A DNA stretch of 64,000 nt, taken from Terriglobia bacterium. Lineage in GTDB: Bacteria; Acidobacteriota; Terriglobia; 20CM-2-55-15. The position numbers and the translations under genes are program-made. The notes under the pieces were generated by a model. That model saw only the letters and a list, made by a program, of their open reading frames with translations, had not been told where the DNA came from and made no database searches. Below, one piece after another: positions 9,659-19,504 of this stretch. Location of the stretch: contig CAXWPJ010000002.1 in NCBI GenBank assembly GCA_963664115.2, positions 1 to 64,000 on the forward strand. The letters are read 5' to 3'. Within the stretch, counting starts at the first letter, position 1; every line of letters starts with the position of its first letter.

Positions 9659-10072
9659 TCATGCTGCCGAAGATACCGTTGTGATTCCGTCGTAGACCTC
9701 GCCCGGGGTGAGATCGCCGAGGGTGGAATGGGGCCGATGGTCATTGTAGTACTCCATCCAATCCCTTATATGAATATCCGCATCTTTGAAATCCTCGAAG
9801 GCGTTCAGGTAGACGCATTCGTATTTCAGTGAGCGCCAGAGACGCTCGATGAACACGTTGTCCATCCACTGGCCTTTGCCGTCCATCGAGATCCGAACGT
9901 TGTGATGCTTTAGAACATCGGTCCAGGCGGTGCTGGTGAACTGGCTGCCCTGATCGGTGTTGAAGATTTCCGGACAGCCGTAGCGTTCGATGGCTTCTTC
10001 CAAAGCTTCGACACACATCGCCGTATCCTGCGTGTTTGAGAGTCGCCAGGCCAGAACCTTGCGGGAATGCCA
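9659..10072 (-). pseudogene. IS3 transposase OrfB, 5'-truncated
   Basis: Only the C-terminal DDE core is present. Confidence 0.85.
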
Positions 10073-10137
10073 AAGTCAGCTAGTGGCAGCAGCGCGTTGA
10101 TGCTTGCCGCCTGATACGGTGTCATTCGCGGCTCTTG

Positions 10138-10989
10138 CTATCGTTCCACACCAGCGGCAGGGTCACCAAACAGCCTGTTATATCTCTCCGTTTCTGACGG
10201 TGAGCACTCCATCTCCCTAATATCGAAATCGGACGGCTGTAACGCCAGAGGTAGCTTGTCGAGTGCTATCCAAGGTTGGGTGTAGAATGTCGGGTCGTCA
10301 ATCGTAATTGTCATTTCCAAGCGATCGTGGTCCAGGCGGCGGTATCGTTCCACTACGCGCAGATCGCTGCTGTGTGGACGCCCTGCATTATCAAGCCAGG
10401 TACTTTCATTGAGCCCGACCGTCTCAGCGACAAACGTGGTGTCGTCCTCCCACCTGCCAACCGAGTACCCCCACCATCTTGGCTCCAGTTCATCCAACTC
10501 GGGCAGTTCTCGTCCGTCAGTCCAAATGACACGCCATTTCTTGTTAAATTCGTACAGGAGGATCACCTGGTTCGCCGTCTGAAAGATCTGGCTTGTTCTG
10601 AAATTATGAAGAACGATGCGCGGAAATCCCTGTGGATCACAAAGAGGCACTGGATCATTGGAAAGCGCCGACGGAACGCCGGTAACGCCCCATGCCGGCT
10701 TGTTGGCATCGAACGCTTCCTCCCCCAACGACGTATAAGGCAGAGTATGCTCAGGTCTGCCGTCTGATGGCATGTTTTGCGCACCATCTGCCCCGATGGC
10801 GTTGACGGCCGGGTCCCAAATCCCAGACAGGTCACGCCGTGGGGCGGGCGCTCGGTTTCGCACCGTATCCGACTCGGCAGGCGGTGCCATTGAATTCCAG
10901 ATGGGTTGAGGCGTCTGAGCCAAAGCGAGGAGGGAAAAGGCCGGTACTACAGCAAGGATGATGATCCAGACTATGCGTCGATTCGGCAT
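10138..10989 (-). CDS. Secreted hypothetical protein (RDLSGIW family)
   Basis: Signal peptide; DLSGIW, CDPQGFPR, WWGYSVGRWE, GRPHS motifs of a family I associate with DUF6152 neighbourhoods. Confidence 0.75.
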   Translation of the reverse strand: MPNRRIVWIIILAVVPAFSLLALAQTPQPIWNSMAPPAESDTVRNRAPAPRRDLSGIWDPAVNAIGADGAQNMPSDGRPEHTLPYTSLGEEAFDANKPAWGVTGVPSALSNDPVPLCDPQGFPRIVLHNFRTSQIFQTANQVILLYEFNKKWRVIWTDGRELPELDELEPRWWGYSVGRWEDDTTFVAETVGLNESTWLDNAGRPHSSDLRVVERYRRLDHDRLEMTITIDDPTFYTQPWIALDKLPLALQPSDFDIREMECSPSETERYNRLFGDPAAGVER

Positions 10990-11152
10990 ACGTGTAACTC
11001 CTTACCCGAAATCCATATTTCGTCGCAACTCAACAAGAGCCGCACTCGTAAACTGTATGATCGACCTGCAATCAAAGCAGACTTGCTTCAAGCGCCGACG
11101 GTTCCATCCTATCTCGAAGGCGGGGCGGCCACATTTCCGGCCCCCTGGGTGC

Positions 11153-11524
11153 CTAATCTAATGTCTGACCATTCGGGAGTACGACTTGCAGCATACGCCC
11201 GAGTGGGCTGCCGTTCTTGACGGGCTCCACTGTCACAGTAACTTCATCGCCGGGCTTCAGTGACTGGTTGCTCCAGCCCTTCCGGGCCATGCCGGGAGGA
11301 TTACTACTTTCAGCAATCCAGTGAACGACGCTGCCATTGTCGTCCCGCACATCGAATATTAAGAAGCAGTGGGGATTGGCCCAAACCCATTCCGTGACGG
11401 TCCCCTGCATCGTAATTTCCTTTCCGGTATCGAAGTTGACGTTACTGTGGTGCGCTACCAGCGGGACTGAAACTATCAGAAGGCCGGCCGCCACCGCGGC
11501 AACCGTCATGAGCCGATATCTCAC
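11153..11524 (-). CDS. DUF6152-like secreted protein
   Basis: GGAGG RBS before GTG 11524; AHHS after signal peptide; WANPH; LKPGDEVTV. Confidence 0.75.
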   Translation of the reverse strand: MRYRLMTVAAVAAGLLIVSVPLVAHHSNVNFDTGKEITMQGTVTEWVWANPHCFLIFDVRDDNGSVVHWIAESSNPPGMARKGWSNQSLKPGDEVTVTVEPVKNGSPLGRMLQVVLPNGQTLD

Positions 11525-11605
11525 AGGGCACCTCCAATCTAAAAGCATGTTCGCGGTATTACCAAACGATGTATGCCATTGGGCCAACATAGCATGACCA
11601 GGCAA

Positions 11606-12106
11606 CTACCTCCAGGATTCTACCGCTTGCCTCGTGAGCGAGCCGGGAACCAGTTCATTCAACTCCAATCGGATCCCGTTAGGATCGGTGACGTTGGCGA
11701 GTTTGGCCCTACTGTTCGAACTGACGCGAGGGTCGGTCACTGTTGCCCTGCCTTGGCGAAGCCGGGCGACCGTGGCGTCCGCGTTTTCGGATTGAATGCC
11801 GATGTGGGTGATGGTGCCTGCGGCTCTATCTGCATTGGCCGGCGCCACTTCCAGGAACGTGTCACGATTGATCTGGAGATACGTGGTCGTCGGTCGGCCA
11901 TCCGGGCTCGGAAACTCGAACGCCACCCGAAAACCCATCACCTTGGTGTAAAACTCTATGGCCTCACCCACGTCTTCCACGGCGATTCCGACGTGGTTCA
12001 GGCGGAGGCCTGTGTTGCTGCTTTCCTGAGCGGCAACCGTCTGCATCGCAACGGCGCCGACTGCGGACCCGGCGACGAAAATAGCTAGTGTGCGCATCCA
12101 CTTCAT
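11606..12106 (-). CDS. Secreted VOC/glyoxalase-family protein
   Basis: GAGGAG RBS; LNHVGIAV, THIGI, DPNGIRLELNE. Confidence 0.85.
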   Translation of the reverse strand: MKWMRTLAIFVAGSAVGAVAMQTVAAQESSNTGLRLNHVGIAVEDVGEAIEFYTKVMGFRVAFEFPSPDGRPTTTYLQINRDTFLEVAPANADRAAGTITHIGIQSENADATVARLRQGRATVTDPRVSSNSRAKLANVTDPNGIRLELNELVPGSLTRQAVESWR

Positions 12107-12240
12107 GTGAATCTCCTCTTGTCGTGCGAGGGAATTCCTCGCTGCATCCTCATTTCGGAACATCTCACTGCAGCATACACAATACAGCGGCCGGATTCAC
12201 GTTCGTTTGTAGTGCTTGAGATGGAGGCCAAGGCCACTAG

Positions 12241-14089
12241 TCCCAAAACAAGCGCATAACCAGTCCGCCGAGGCCCAGTTCGCGCCGATAGAATTCGAGG
12301 CATAGAATCCCGTTCCCGGATGGCCTGTTCCAGGTATCGAGTTTCTGTTGAATCTGTTTCAGTTCAGCCTCGCTGGTGTTGGACGGTTGACAGAAACCGG
12401 GACCTCGATCGCCCGGGCTCAGAGTCATGATCGGGTCAACATCGCAGAGGCTGACGCAACACATCCACCCCGCGGAACAAGACCGGCAACCACCGGTTCC
12501 AGGCCAGGATCCGGAACAGAATGCGCCGCCCGGTGCGCACGAGTTGGCACGGCACAAGCATGAAAGCGTTCAAGAAGGTTTTGAACTCCATGCGCAGCAC
12601 GGTTTGCTTCTCAGCCTGATATTTTTGGCCCCAACGTCCGGTTTCGGGAAGCAGCAATGCAAACCACGCTTTCAGTGTCCAGGCCAGTGACGCGATCACC
12701 ATGTAGGCCCAGTTGCTGGTCTGATCTCCGACCGGCATCCGCAACGCCTGAACGCCGTTCTTCAACTGCTCAATGAGATTCTCCTGATTGCACCGTTGAT
12801 TGGCACGCATCACAATCTGGTCGGCCGGATCCGAACGGTTGGTAATGTAGAAGAAGTACCGGATGTCGTCAAACAACACCTGCTCTCCTTTGGCCACCGA
12901 CAGATTCTTCCGCACCACGACGACACGGTAGTCCCGATCGCAGGCTCCGGGTCGATACCGAAACTCGGCCACATCCTCACCCTGCAAGCGGATATTGTCG
13001 AAACCGCGCTGCCGAACGATCTCTTCCTTCACGTTGTCGGGACGTTGGCGCGGTTCGGTCGCCACGTCGTATTTCGCGGGCCGTTCCAGGCGCTTCCACT
13101 GGCGCGGCTCCAGTTCATCGGCCCGGGCCTTCAGGTTCGCCATCGCGTCAATCCCGAATATGAAACCCACCTGCTGGTCGTCCCATCCGTCCAGATGCCG
13201 GGTCTGGCTGAAGTCCGTGTCCCCGCGCAGCAGGATCTGGCGAAACCCCGCATGCCGGCACAATGCGATGGCTTGGTCGAACCGGACCGCGGCTCCTTCA
13301 TGCGACGGCCGGTTGCCGCTACGATTGACCAGATACAGCGGTTCGGCGGTGTTGGCCAGCGAGATCATCAGCGGGTGATATCCCCACGTCCCGTCGTAGG
13401 CCACGTCCATCCCTTGCTTGCATTCCCCCGTGGTTTCGGCCAGTGTCCCGTCCGCGTCCAACACCGCTTCTTCGAAAAACGCCGCCGGTTGCTGTCGCCA
13501 GACTCCGAGCCGGACTTGATTGGTTGCCTCCATCAGACACTCCACGTCGTCGGCCTCGAATCTCCGGCAGAAGTCTCCCGCCGTCGTCGGATCCGGAATC
13601 CGTTGCGCTCCCAGCGCATCCAGATACACCGCATCGTTGCGCCGCAGTTCGATGTCTTCCAGGCACGTTCCTCCGCTCAAGGCGTTGTAGGCGATGTTCA
13701 GCACGTGATCCGACTCGTGATACGGCAGGTGCCGCTTCAACACATGCACGCCCTTGTCGATGGCTTCGATCAGCCCGGTCCGCCGCGCCACCAGTTGCAT
13801 CGTCCCGATACCACCAACCGATGTGCCCCGCGTCCGCTCTCCCATCTCGTACTGAATGTTGCTCGCCGAAAACATCGGCTCTACCTGATCCGTCCAATGC
13901 CGGTCCCCAAGCCGACGTTCGATTCGCCGCTTGCGGTTCCTCATGTTCTTGCGCGTATAATCGTTCATCTGAAATGCCTCCTTTTCCGAAGAATCTGTTC
14001 AAGGTTTTTTTCGCACGGAGAGGGGGCATTTCGGGTACTTCCGCTCTTATTGCACTATCATTTCCTCGTCAATCACGCTTGTTCAGGGT
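12241..14089 (-). mobile_element. IS1380-family insertion sequence
   Basis: Ends TCCCAAAACAAGCG and (reverse) ACCCTGAACAAGCG, each flanked by CTAG (12237-12240, 14090-14093). Confidence 0.85.
12436..13968 (-). CDS. IS1380-family DDE transposase
   Basis: IPDPTTAGDFCRRF, LDADGT, GYHPL, LRGDTDF, RCNQENLIEQLK. Confidence 0.92.
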   Translation of the reverse strand: MNDYTRKNMRNRKRRIERRLGDRHWTDQVEPMFSASNIQYEMGERTRGTSVGGIGTMQLVARRTGLIEAIDKGVHVLKRHLPYHESDHVLNIAYNALSGGTCLEDIELRRNDAVYLDALGAQRIPDPTTAGDFCRRFEADDVECLMEATNQVRLGVWRQQPAAFFEEAVLDADGTLAETTGECKQGMDVAYDGTWGYHPLMISLANTAEPLYLVNRSGNRPSHEGAAVRFDQAIALCRHAGFRQILLRGDTDFSQTRHLDGWDDQQVGFIFGIDAMANLKARADELEPRQWKRLERPAKYDVATEPRQRPDNVKEEIVRQRGFDNIRLQGEDVAEFRYRPGACDRDYRVVVVRKNLSVAKGEQVLFDDIRYFFYITNRSDPADQIVMRANQRCNQENLIEQLKNGVQALRMPVGDQTSNWAYMVIASLAWTLKAWFALLLPETGRWGQKYQAEKQTVLRMEFKTFLNAFMLVPCQLVRTGRRILFRILAWNRWLPVLFRGVDVLRQPLRC

Positions 14090-14914
14090 CTAGAGCTTGA
14101 TCTGCCAAATGCGTTGGGGGACATCGGGCAAATCGAACAGGTGATTCTGAACCTCCTCGTCAACGCTGAGGACGCCGTTAGGGTTGCCCTGGGTGGAACC
14201 GGTGAGATCGTAATTCGCACGACGGCGCTCAACGACCGCGTGCGACTGGAAATCACAGACAACGGAAGCGGTATTCAAAAACAGGACATGAATCGTATTT
14301 TTGATCCGTTCTTTACGACCAAAGACAACAGCAATAGCACCGGCGGTGTTGGCCTCGGTTTGAACATTTGTGCTGAAATCGTTAAGGATCACGGTGGCGA
14401 ACTCTACGCGTGGAGCACCCTTGGGAGCGGGTCGACGTTCACCATGGAACTGCCAGTCGCGTCACACATCGATGATGTCGAGCGGCAGACGGAAGCACCC
14501 TGTATCGGTGAAGTTCTTCGCGGCAAATCGATCATGGTAATTGATGATGAGGTGACGATCACGGAACTGATCGACGATTATCTCGGGCGGTTTGGCGCGG
14601 ATGTCGAGTTCCTTCACTCAGGAGCTGATGCGTTCGAACGCCTGTGTGCGAAGGCTTACGATGTCGTGGTATGCGACCAGAGGATGCCGGGTGTAAACGG
14701 GCAGAGCCTCTTTCGAATGGTCGAGTCGGTCGACCCGGATCTCGCCCGTCGCTTCATCTTTGTTACTGGAGACGTGTTGAATGACCGAACAAGGCAGTTC
14801 TTTGAACAAACGGGCGCCCCTCATCTAAGAAAGCCGTTCCGGCTGGAAGACCTGTTGCGCGCTGTTGAAAAGATCATAAGGGGCGAAGATTCGAGCACTG
14901 CTGCTGAAATATAG
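14090..14914 (+). pseudogene. Hybrid histidine kinase, 5'-truncated (HATPase + receiver only)
   Basis: Begins at the IS end with LELDLPNALGDIGQIEQVILNL; DNGSG, FFTTK, GLGL boxes; receiver IDDE, CDQRMP, KPF; no HisKA or sensor. Confidence 0.85.
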
Positions 14915-14946
14915 CTCGGGTCAGAATTTGTCTGGAATCGTCCTTC

Positions 14947-15840
14947 CTATTCCTTTTTCACTGCATTTCGTAGTGTTCCCACACCCTCCAGTTCGACTTC
15001 GACAACGTCGCCCGGTTTGAGAAACACCTGAGGTTTGCGACCCACGCCAACTCCACTGGGTGTGCCTGTTGAAATCACGTCGCCCGGTTCCAGCGTCATT
15101 ATCTGTGAAATATAAGACACCAGATCTGGCACTTTGAATATCATGTTTCGCGTGTTGGAATCCTGCATCGTCTCTCCGTTGAGGCGTAGCCGGATGTCGA
15201 GCCCATCGCCATCGCCGAGCACGCTCGTCCCCACCATGCAGGGTCCCATTGGGGCAAAGGTATCGAAGGACTTTCCCCGAATCCATTGGCTATCGGACGA
15301 CTGCAAATCCCGCGCGGAGACGTCGTTGACGATGGTATAGCCGGCGACGTAGTCAATGGCATCCTCGACCTGGATGTGCCTTCCCCTGCGGCCGATGATC
15401 ACTCCGAGTTCAGCCTCGTAGTCGATTTTGTCGCTCATCGCGGGAATCACAATTGCATCGTCGTAACCGATGACAGCATTTGGGTACATTGCGAACAGGA
15501 GAGGTTCAGACGGTAGGGTCTTGCGGACCTCTTTGGCATGGTCATGGTAATTGAGCCCGATACCGATCACTTTTTGGGGAGCGAAGACCGGTTGGCGAGG
15601 CCGGAAGCCTCCCGTGGGGATGACGAATTCCGCCATTGAACTCAGGTTTATGGCCGAGAGCCGTTTTTCCAGATTCTGGAGACCATTGTTCCCTCGGAGG
15701 ACGTCGTCGAGCGAAGTTGCGGTCTCAAGGACGACCTGTTCCCCTGAATGCGCTCCGTTCAGGTCCAGGCATCCTTCCTCCAGCATGAGTCCCAGACGGA
15801 CATCTTCGCTCCCGGGCATCGAAAAATTCATGAATTTCAT
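14947..15840 (-). CDS. Fumarylacetoacetate hydrolase family protein
   Basis: IGLNYHDH, DYEAEL, NDVSARD, GKSFDTF, TGTPSGVG. Confidence 0.93.
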   Translation of the reverse strand: MKFMNFSMPGSEDVRLGLMLEEGCLDLNGAHSGEQVVLETATSLDDVLRGNNGLQNLEKRLSAINLSSMAEFVIPTGGFRPRQPVFAPQKVIGIGLNYHDHAKEVRKTLPSEPLLFAMYPNAVIGYDDAIVIPAMSDKIDYEAELGVIIGRRGRHIQVEDAIDYVAGYTIVNDVSARDLQSSDSQWIRGKSFDTFAPMGPCMVGTSVLGDGDGLDIRLRLNGETMQDSNTRNMIFKVPDLVSYISQIMTLEPGDVISTGTPSGVGVGRKPQVFLKPGDVVEVELEGVGTLRNAVKKE

Positions 15841-15957
15841 GTGCTCCTCCTGTAGAATTCCTCAAGATCCGAGAGTGGTATAAGCGACTAAAGTGTCGGA
15901 TCCGCTCATATCGGCAGTTTTGATCCTAATGATCCGATCGATTTCGCGGGGCCTACA

Positions 15958-17481
15958 ATGAACCCCCCCTCGCAACAATCCTACTTCGAACCAGACGTCG
16001 AAAACCGTCGATCGTTCCTCCTCCTGAGGTGGCTGATTATCATTCTGGCGTCATACCTTACTCTGTTCAGCAACCTCAGGAGTCAGAATTTTATCGGTAT
16101 TTTCATCCTTGTCGTTACCTTTTCCGCGTCCAACATCGTGATAGGTTTCCTGCCGCAGAGGGCTTTCGTGGCGGTGCGTTCGAGTCGTCTGGCCATCCTG
16201 GTCGATGCGATCTTCATCTGTGGGTTTCTCTATCTCCTGCGCGTTTCGGGTCCTCCTATCCATTTCCCCTTGATGGGAATTCTCCTCTTGGCGCTCATCT
16301 GGCGCGATTTGAAGGTTGTTCTCTTTTCACTGCTGGTGGTCAGCGTTCTGTTCGGTGTTTTTTCCTACGTCGATATCCTAGGATCTGCATCTTCGGTGCC
16401 TCTCGAACAATTTCTGGCAATGGCCCTGTTCTTCATCGTTGCTATTTTTTACGTGTTTCTGGTGGACCGGTTCGATAGCGACGCATCGACATCAATGGCC
16501 ATGTTGGAGGAGACGAGGCATTCCGAATTGATGGTGGAAATCGCGCGAACGATGTCGACATTGATGAACAGGAACGAAATCTATCGTGAAATCGTTACGA
16601 GGTTCCGGGACGACATCGATGGAACCACATGTTCCGTAGTACGTGTCGAAGGCGACCAGGTCGTCATACTGGCGAGTTCCAGAGCTCCGGAGGAGACCGG
16701 ACAGAGTTCTCCGTTGGAGGCTAATCCTCCGCTTATGACGGCATATCATGAAAACCGCGTGGTCTATATGGGCGAGCGGAAAGCGGGTGAGGGTGTAAGC
16801 CCCAGCACCATCGCTATTCCCATCGCGGTCCGGGGCGAGATTGAGGCCCTGATCTGTCTTGAAGGGGATGGCTTCGAGACCGAACCTTCGAGCACGAGGA
16901 TTCATTTCTTTGAGGTTGTCGCAAGCACCGCCGGCAACGCCCTGAGGAATGTTCAAATGTTCGAGGAGATGAAGCACCTGGCGCGGACGGATTTTCTGAC
17001 CGCTCTGCCGAACCATCGTTATTTTCAATCCACGCTGTCACGGGAAGTGAGTCGGGCTCAACGACACAACCACGCATTGTCTCTTCTAATAATCGATTTG
17101 GACTTCTTAAAAAACGTAAACGACAGGTTCGGGCACCCGGCGGGTGACGCCGTCATTCGAGGCGTTGCGAAAACGATACAGTCGACCTGCCGGGAGATCG
17201 ATTTTGCTGCGCGTTATGGCGGCGAGGAGTTTGTCATCATTCTACCGGAAACCGATCTTGGCGGTGCGGTCCAGGTTGGGGAGCGTGTCCGAATGAGCAT
17301 AGCAGCGACCGATGTCGGAGTTGTCGGGAAGGTGACCGCGTCAGTTGGCGTGGCGAATTATCCAGTCAATGCGAGTTCCAAGGAAGATTTAATTCGAGTC
17401 GCCGACCAAGCCTTATATGTGGCGAAGAATGGCGGCCGGAACCAGGTCGCCCATTTCAAGTATCAATTGACCACTATGTAG
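15958..17481 (+). CDS. Membrane-bound GAF-GGDEF diguanylate cyclase
   Basis: About five N-terminal TM helices, GAF-like middle, RYGGEEF with RxxD I-site (REID). Confidence 0.92.
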   Translation: MNPPSQQSYFEPDVENRRSFLLLRWLIIILASYLTLFSNLRSQNFIGIFILVVTFSASNIVIGFLPQRAFVAVRSSRLAILVDAIFICGFLYLLRVSGPPIHFPLMGILLLALIWRDLKVVLFSLLVVSVLFGVFSYVDILGSASSVPLEQFLAMALFFIVAIFYVFLVDRFDSDASTSMAMLEETRHSELMVEIARTMSTLMNRNEIYREIVTRFRDDIDGTTCSVVRVEGDQVVILASSRAPEETGQSSPLEANPPLMTAYHENRVVYMGERKAGEGVSPSTIAIPIAVRGEIEALICLEGDGFETEPSSTRIHFFEVVASTAGNALRNVQMFEEMKHLARTDFLTALPNHRYFQSTLSREVSRAQRHNHALSLLIIDLDFLKNVNDRFGHPAGDAVIRGVAKTIQSTCREIDFAARYGGEEFVIILPETDLGGAVQVGERVRMSIAATDVGVVGKVTASVGVANYPVNASSKEDLIRVADQALYVAKNGGRNQVAHFKYQLTTM

Positions 17482-17600
17482 TGCTTATCCCGCCCTGAGG
17501 TTTGCCGATTTTCCAACGATCCTGTATCAAGTTAGAATATTTTGCATAGCCTGGGTCCACCACGGGCTGCTAGCTCCCACGTTGGCTAGTCTGGAATACG

Positions 17601-18353
17601 ATGTCGAATTTTATTGAATTCATCGACGTTCACAAAGCCTTCGATCAGCATATTGTTCTCGACGGCGTGTCGTTCGGTGTCGAAAAGGGATCGACCTTTG
17701 CCATTCTTGGTCCCAGCGGTGTCGGTAAGACGGTCTTGCTGACTCACGTGGTCGGATTCACATTTCCCGAGTCCGGTGAGGTCCTGGTCGACGGTCAGGA
17801 TGTTACTGTCATGACCGAACGGGAGTTGACCCCGGTGCGTAAGAAAGTGCAACTGGTCTTTCAATCCGGCGCATTGTTCGACTCCCTGACCGTTTGGGAA
17901 AATGTGGCTTTCGCTCTCCAGGATATCGGTCTGAGCAATGAAGAGATCGACGATCGCGTTGGAGAAACTCTGAATCTTGTTGAGGTTGAACATCTGGCTC
18001 CACTGATGCCTTCGGAACTCAGTACGGGGATGAAGCGGGCGGTGGCCATCGCCCGCGCGCTCGCCTCCGAACCTGCGGCCATTTTGTACGATGAGCCCAC
18101 TACCATGGTCGACCCACTTCTGTCGCAAACCATAAATAATCTGATTTCGAAGATGCAGGAGAAACTCGGGCTCACCCAGATGGTCGTAACCCACGACATC
18201 GCCAACTGTGCTGAGAAAGTGGCCGATCGTGTCGCACTCCTCCACGCGGGCAAGTTCGTTTTCAATGGGACGATCGATGAACTCTATCGAAGCGACCATC
18301 CTGTAGTGAAAGAGTTCGTGGAGGAGGATCACTTTCGTTTCAAGCATCGATGA
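17601..18353 (+). CDS. ABC transporter ATP-binding protein, MlaF/Ttg2A family
   Basis: GPSGVGKT, VFQSGALFDSLTVWENV, LYDEPT, VVTHD. Confidence 0.88.
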   Translation: MSNFIEFIDVHKAFDQHIVLDGVSFGVEKGSTFAILGPSGVGKTVLLTHVVGFTFPESGEVLVDGQDVTVMTERELTPVRKKVQLVFQSGALFDSLTVWENVAFALQDIGLSNEEIDDRVGETLNLVEVEHLAPLMPSELSTGMKRAVAIARALASEPAAILYDEPTTMVDPLLSQTINNLISKMQEKLGLTQMVVTHDIANCAEKVADRVALLHAGKFVFNGTIDELYRSDHPVVKEFVEEDHFRFKHR

Positions 18354-18453
18354 TCCGTGCCAGTGGCCGGACACTTAACGATTACCGAATCGAGTTGGCG
18401 CGGCGGTCTTCAGATGGGGAACAGTCGTCAAGTGTACGTCCCCAACGTTTTAG

Positions 18454-19107
18454 ATGCCAAAAGAACTCCTGATCATTTTCGATCTCGATGGAACGTTAGT
18501 GGACTCCAAGGCCGATCTATGTCAGTCCGTCAATCACGTCCGAACTGAGTTTGGTCTGAGCACGATGAGTGCGGCGGTGATCGCCGGACTGATCGGCGAT
18601 GGTGCGGCGGCGTTGGTTCGCCGTGCCCTGGAGAACAAAGTTTCGGAGGCCGATCTCGACCGTGGGTTGACGATGTTCCTGAACTACTACAGCGAACACA
18701 TGTTGGACGAGTCCGATCTCTATCCCGGTGTTCGGGAGACGCTCGTGGCCCTCGAAGACGCCAAGCTGGCCGTTCTCACGAACAAACCTTATCGCTTCAC
18801 CTGCAGAATGCTTGAAGGCTTGGGCATTTACGATCGTTTTGAAGCCGTATATGGTGGCAACAGTTTCGAGCAGAAGAAGCCGGATCCCGTCGGTATATTG
18901 CAGATACTGTCAGACACAGAGGGAAGCAAGAACTCGACTTGGATGGTGGGTGATTCCTCTGTGGACGTCAAGACAGGGCGAAACGCCGGCGTCAGGACCT
19001 GCGGCGTGACATACGGTTATGCGCCTGAGAGCTTTCGAGCGGATCCGCCGGATCATTTCATCGATACATTTTCTGAACTTCCGGATCTGGTAAGGGGAGA
19101 TTATTGA
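18454..19107 (+). CDS. gph: HAD hydrolase, phosphoglycolate phosphatase-like
   Basis: FDLDGTLVDS, TNKP, KPDP, VGDS. Confidence 0.8.
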   Translation: MPKELLIIFDLDGTLVDSKADLCQSVNHVRTEFGLSTMSAAVIAGLIGDGAAALVRRALENKVSEADLDRGLTMFLNYYSEHMLDESDLYPGVRETLVALEDAKLAVLTNKPYRFTCRMLEGLGIYDRFEAVYGGNSFEQKKPDPVGILQILSDTEGSKNSTWMVGDSSVDVKTGRNAGVRTCGVTYGYAPESFRADPPDHFIDTFSELPDLVRGDY

Positions 19108-19504
19108 GCCGGGATTCTGGATCGGTAGTGTTGGCGGTCGGAGGTTTTGAACTTATCAGTTTCGTGCGGGTCCGATCGGAGCATTTTTATTACACTGAAC
19201 GCCTCGGCTGCGCAGCTTCTTCTGGAATGCTCCGGCTTCGCCTCTGGGTTCACCCGCAGCGAGGAACGCTGCGGGTTAGTTTAAAGAAACTGCATCAACA
19301 TTCCGAATTCCCCAATACGCCTCTCCATCAGGATGATGGAGAGGGTCGCCGGTCGTTCGGCCCAACGCGCTTGACGCGACAGAGACGGTCGGCCGATTGA
19401 ACGACCGAGCGAAATCCTAGATTTTAGATGTTGATCTCAGGACACTGGACGCAAATCGTCAACAGAAGCGATCTTCGGGAAAATGCTCCGCTCCGAAGTC
19501 CTCC

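Larger units (their letters stand above)
8203..10072 (-). mobile_element. IS3-family remnant (3' part) interrupted by IS256
   Basis: Integrase-core fragment WHSRKVLAWRLSNT...FNTDQGSQF...DNVFIERLW at 9659-10072; IS3-type right end CTGTCCAACCGATGGGGTCCAC at about 8208-8229. Confidence 0.75.

Noticed and set aside
12796-14100. Long 434-aa plus-strand ORF and similar long antisense ORFs (8442-9167, 8786-9658, 17586-18374)
   Set aside because: Shadow frames of real genes on the opposite strand in GC-rich DNA.
17601-18353. Orphan MlaF with LSTGM instead of LSGGM
   Set aside because: Minor signature variation; partner subunits are plausibly encoded elsewhere.
19104-19500. 98-aa ORF and loose hairpin between gph and argS
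   Set aside because: No recognisable protein features; the hairpin at about 19348-19410 is adequately explained as a terminator between convergent genes.
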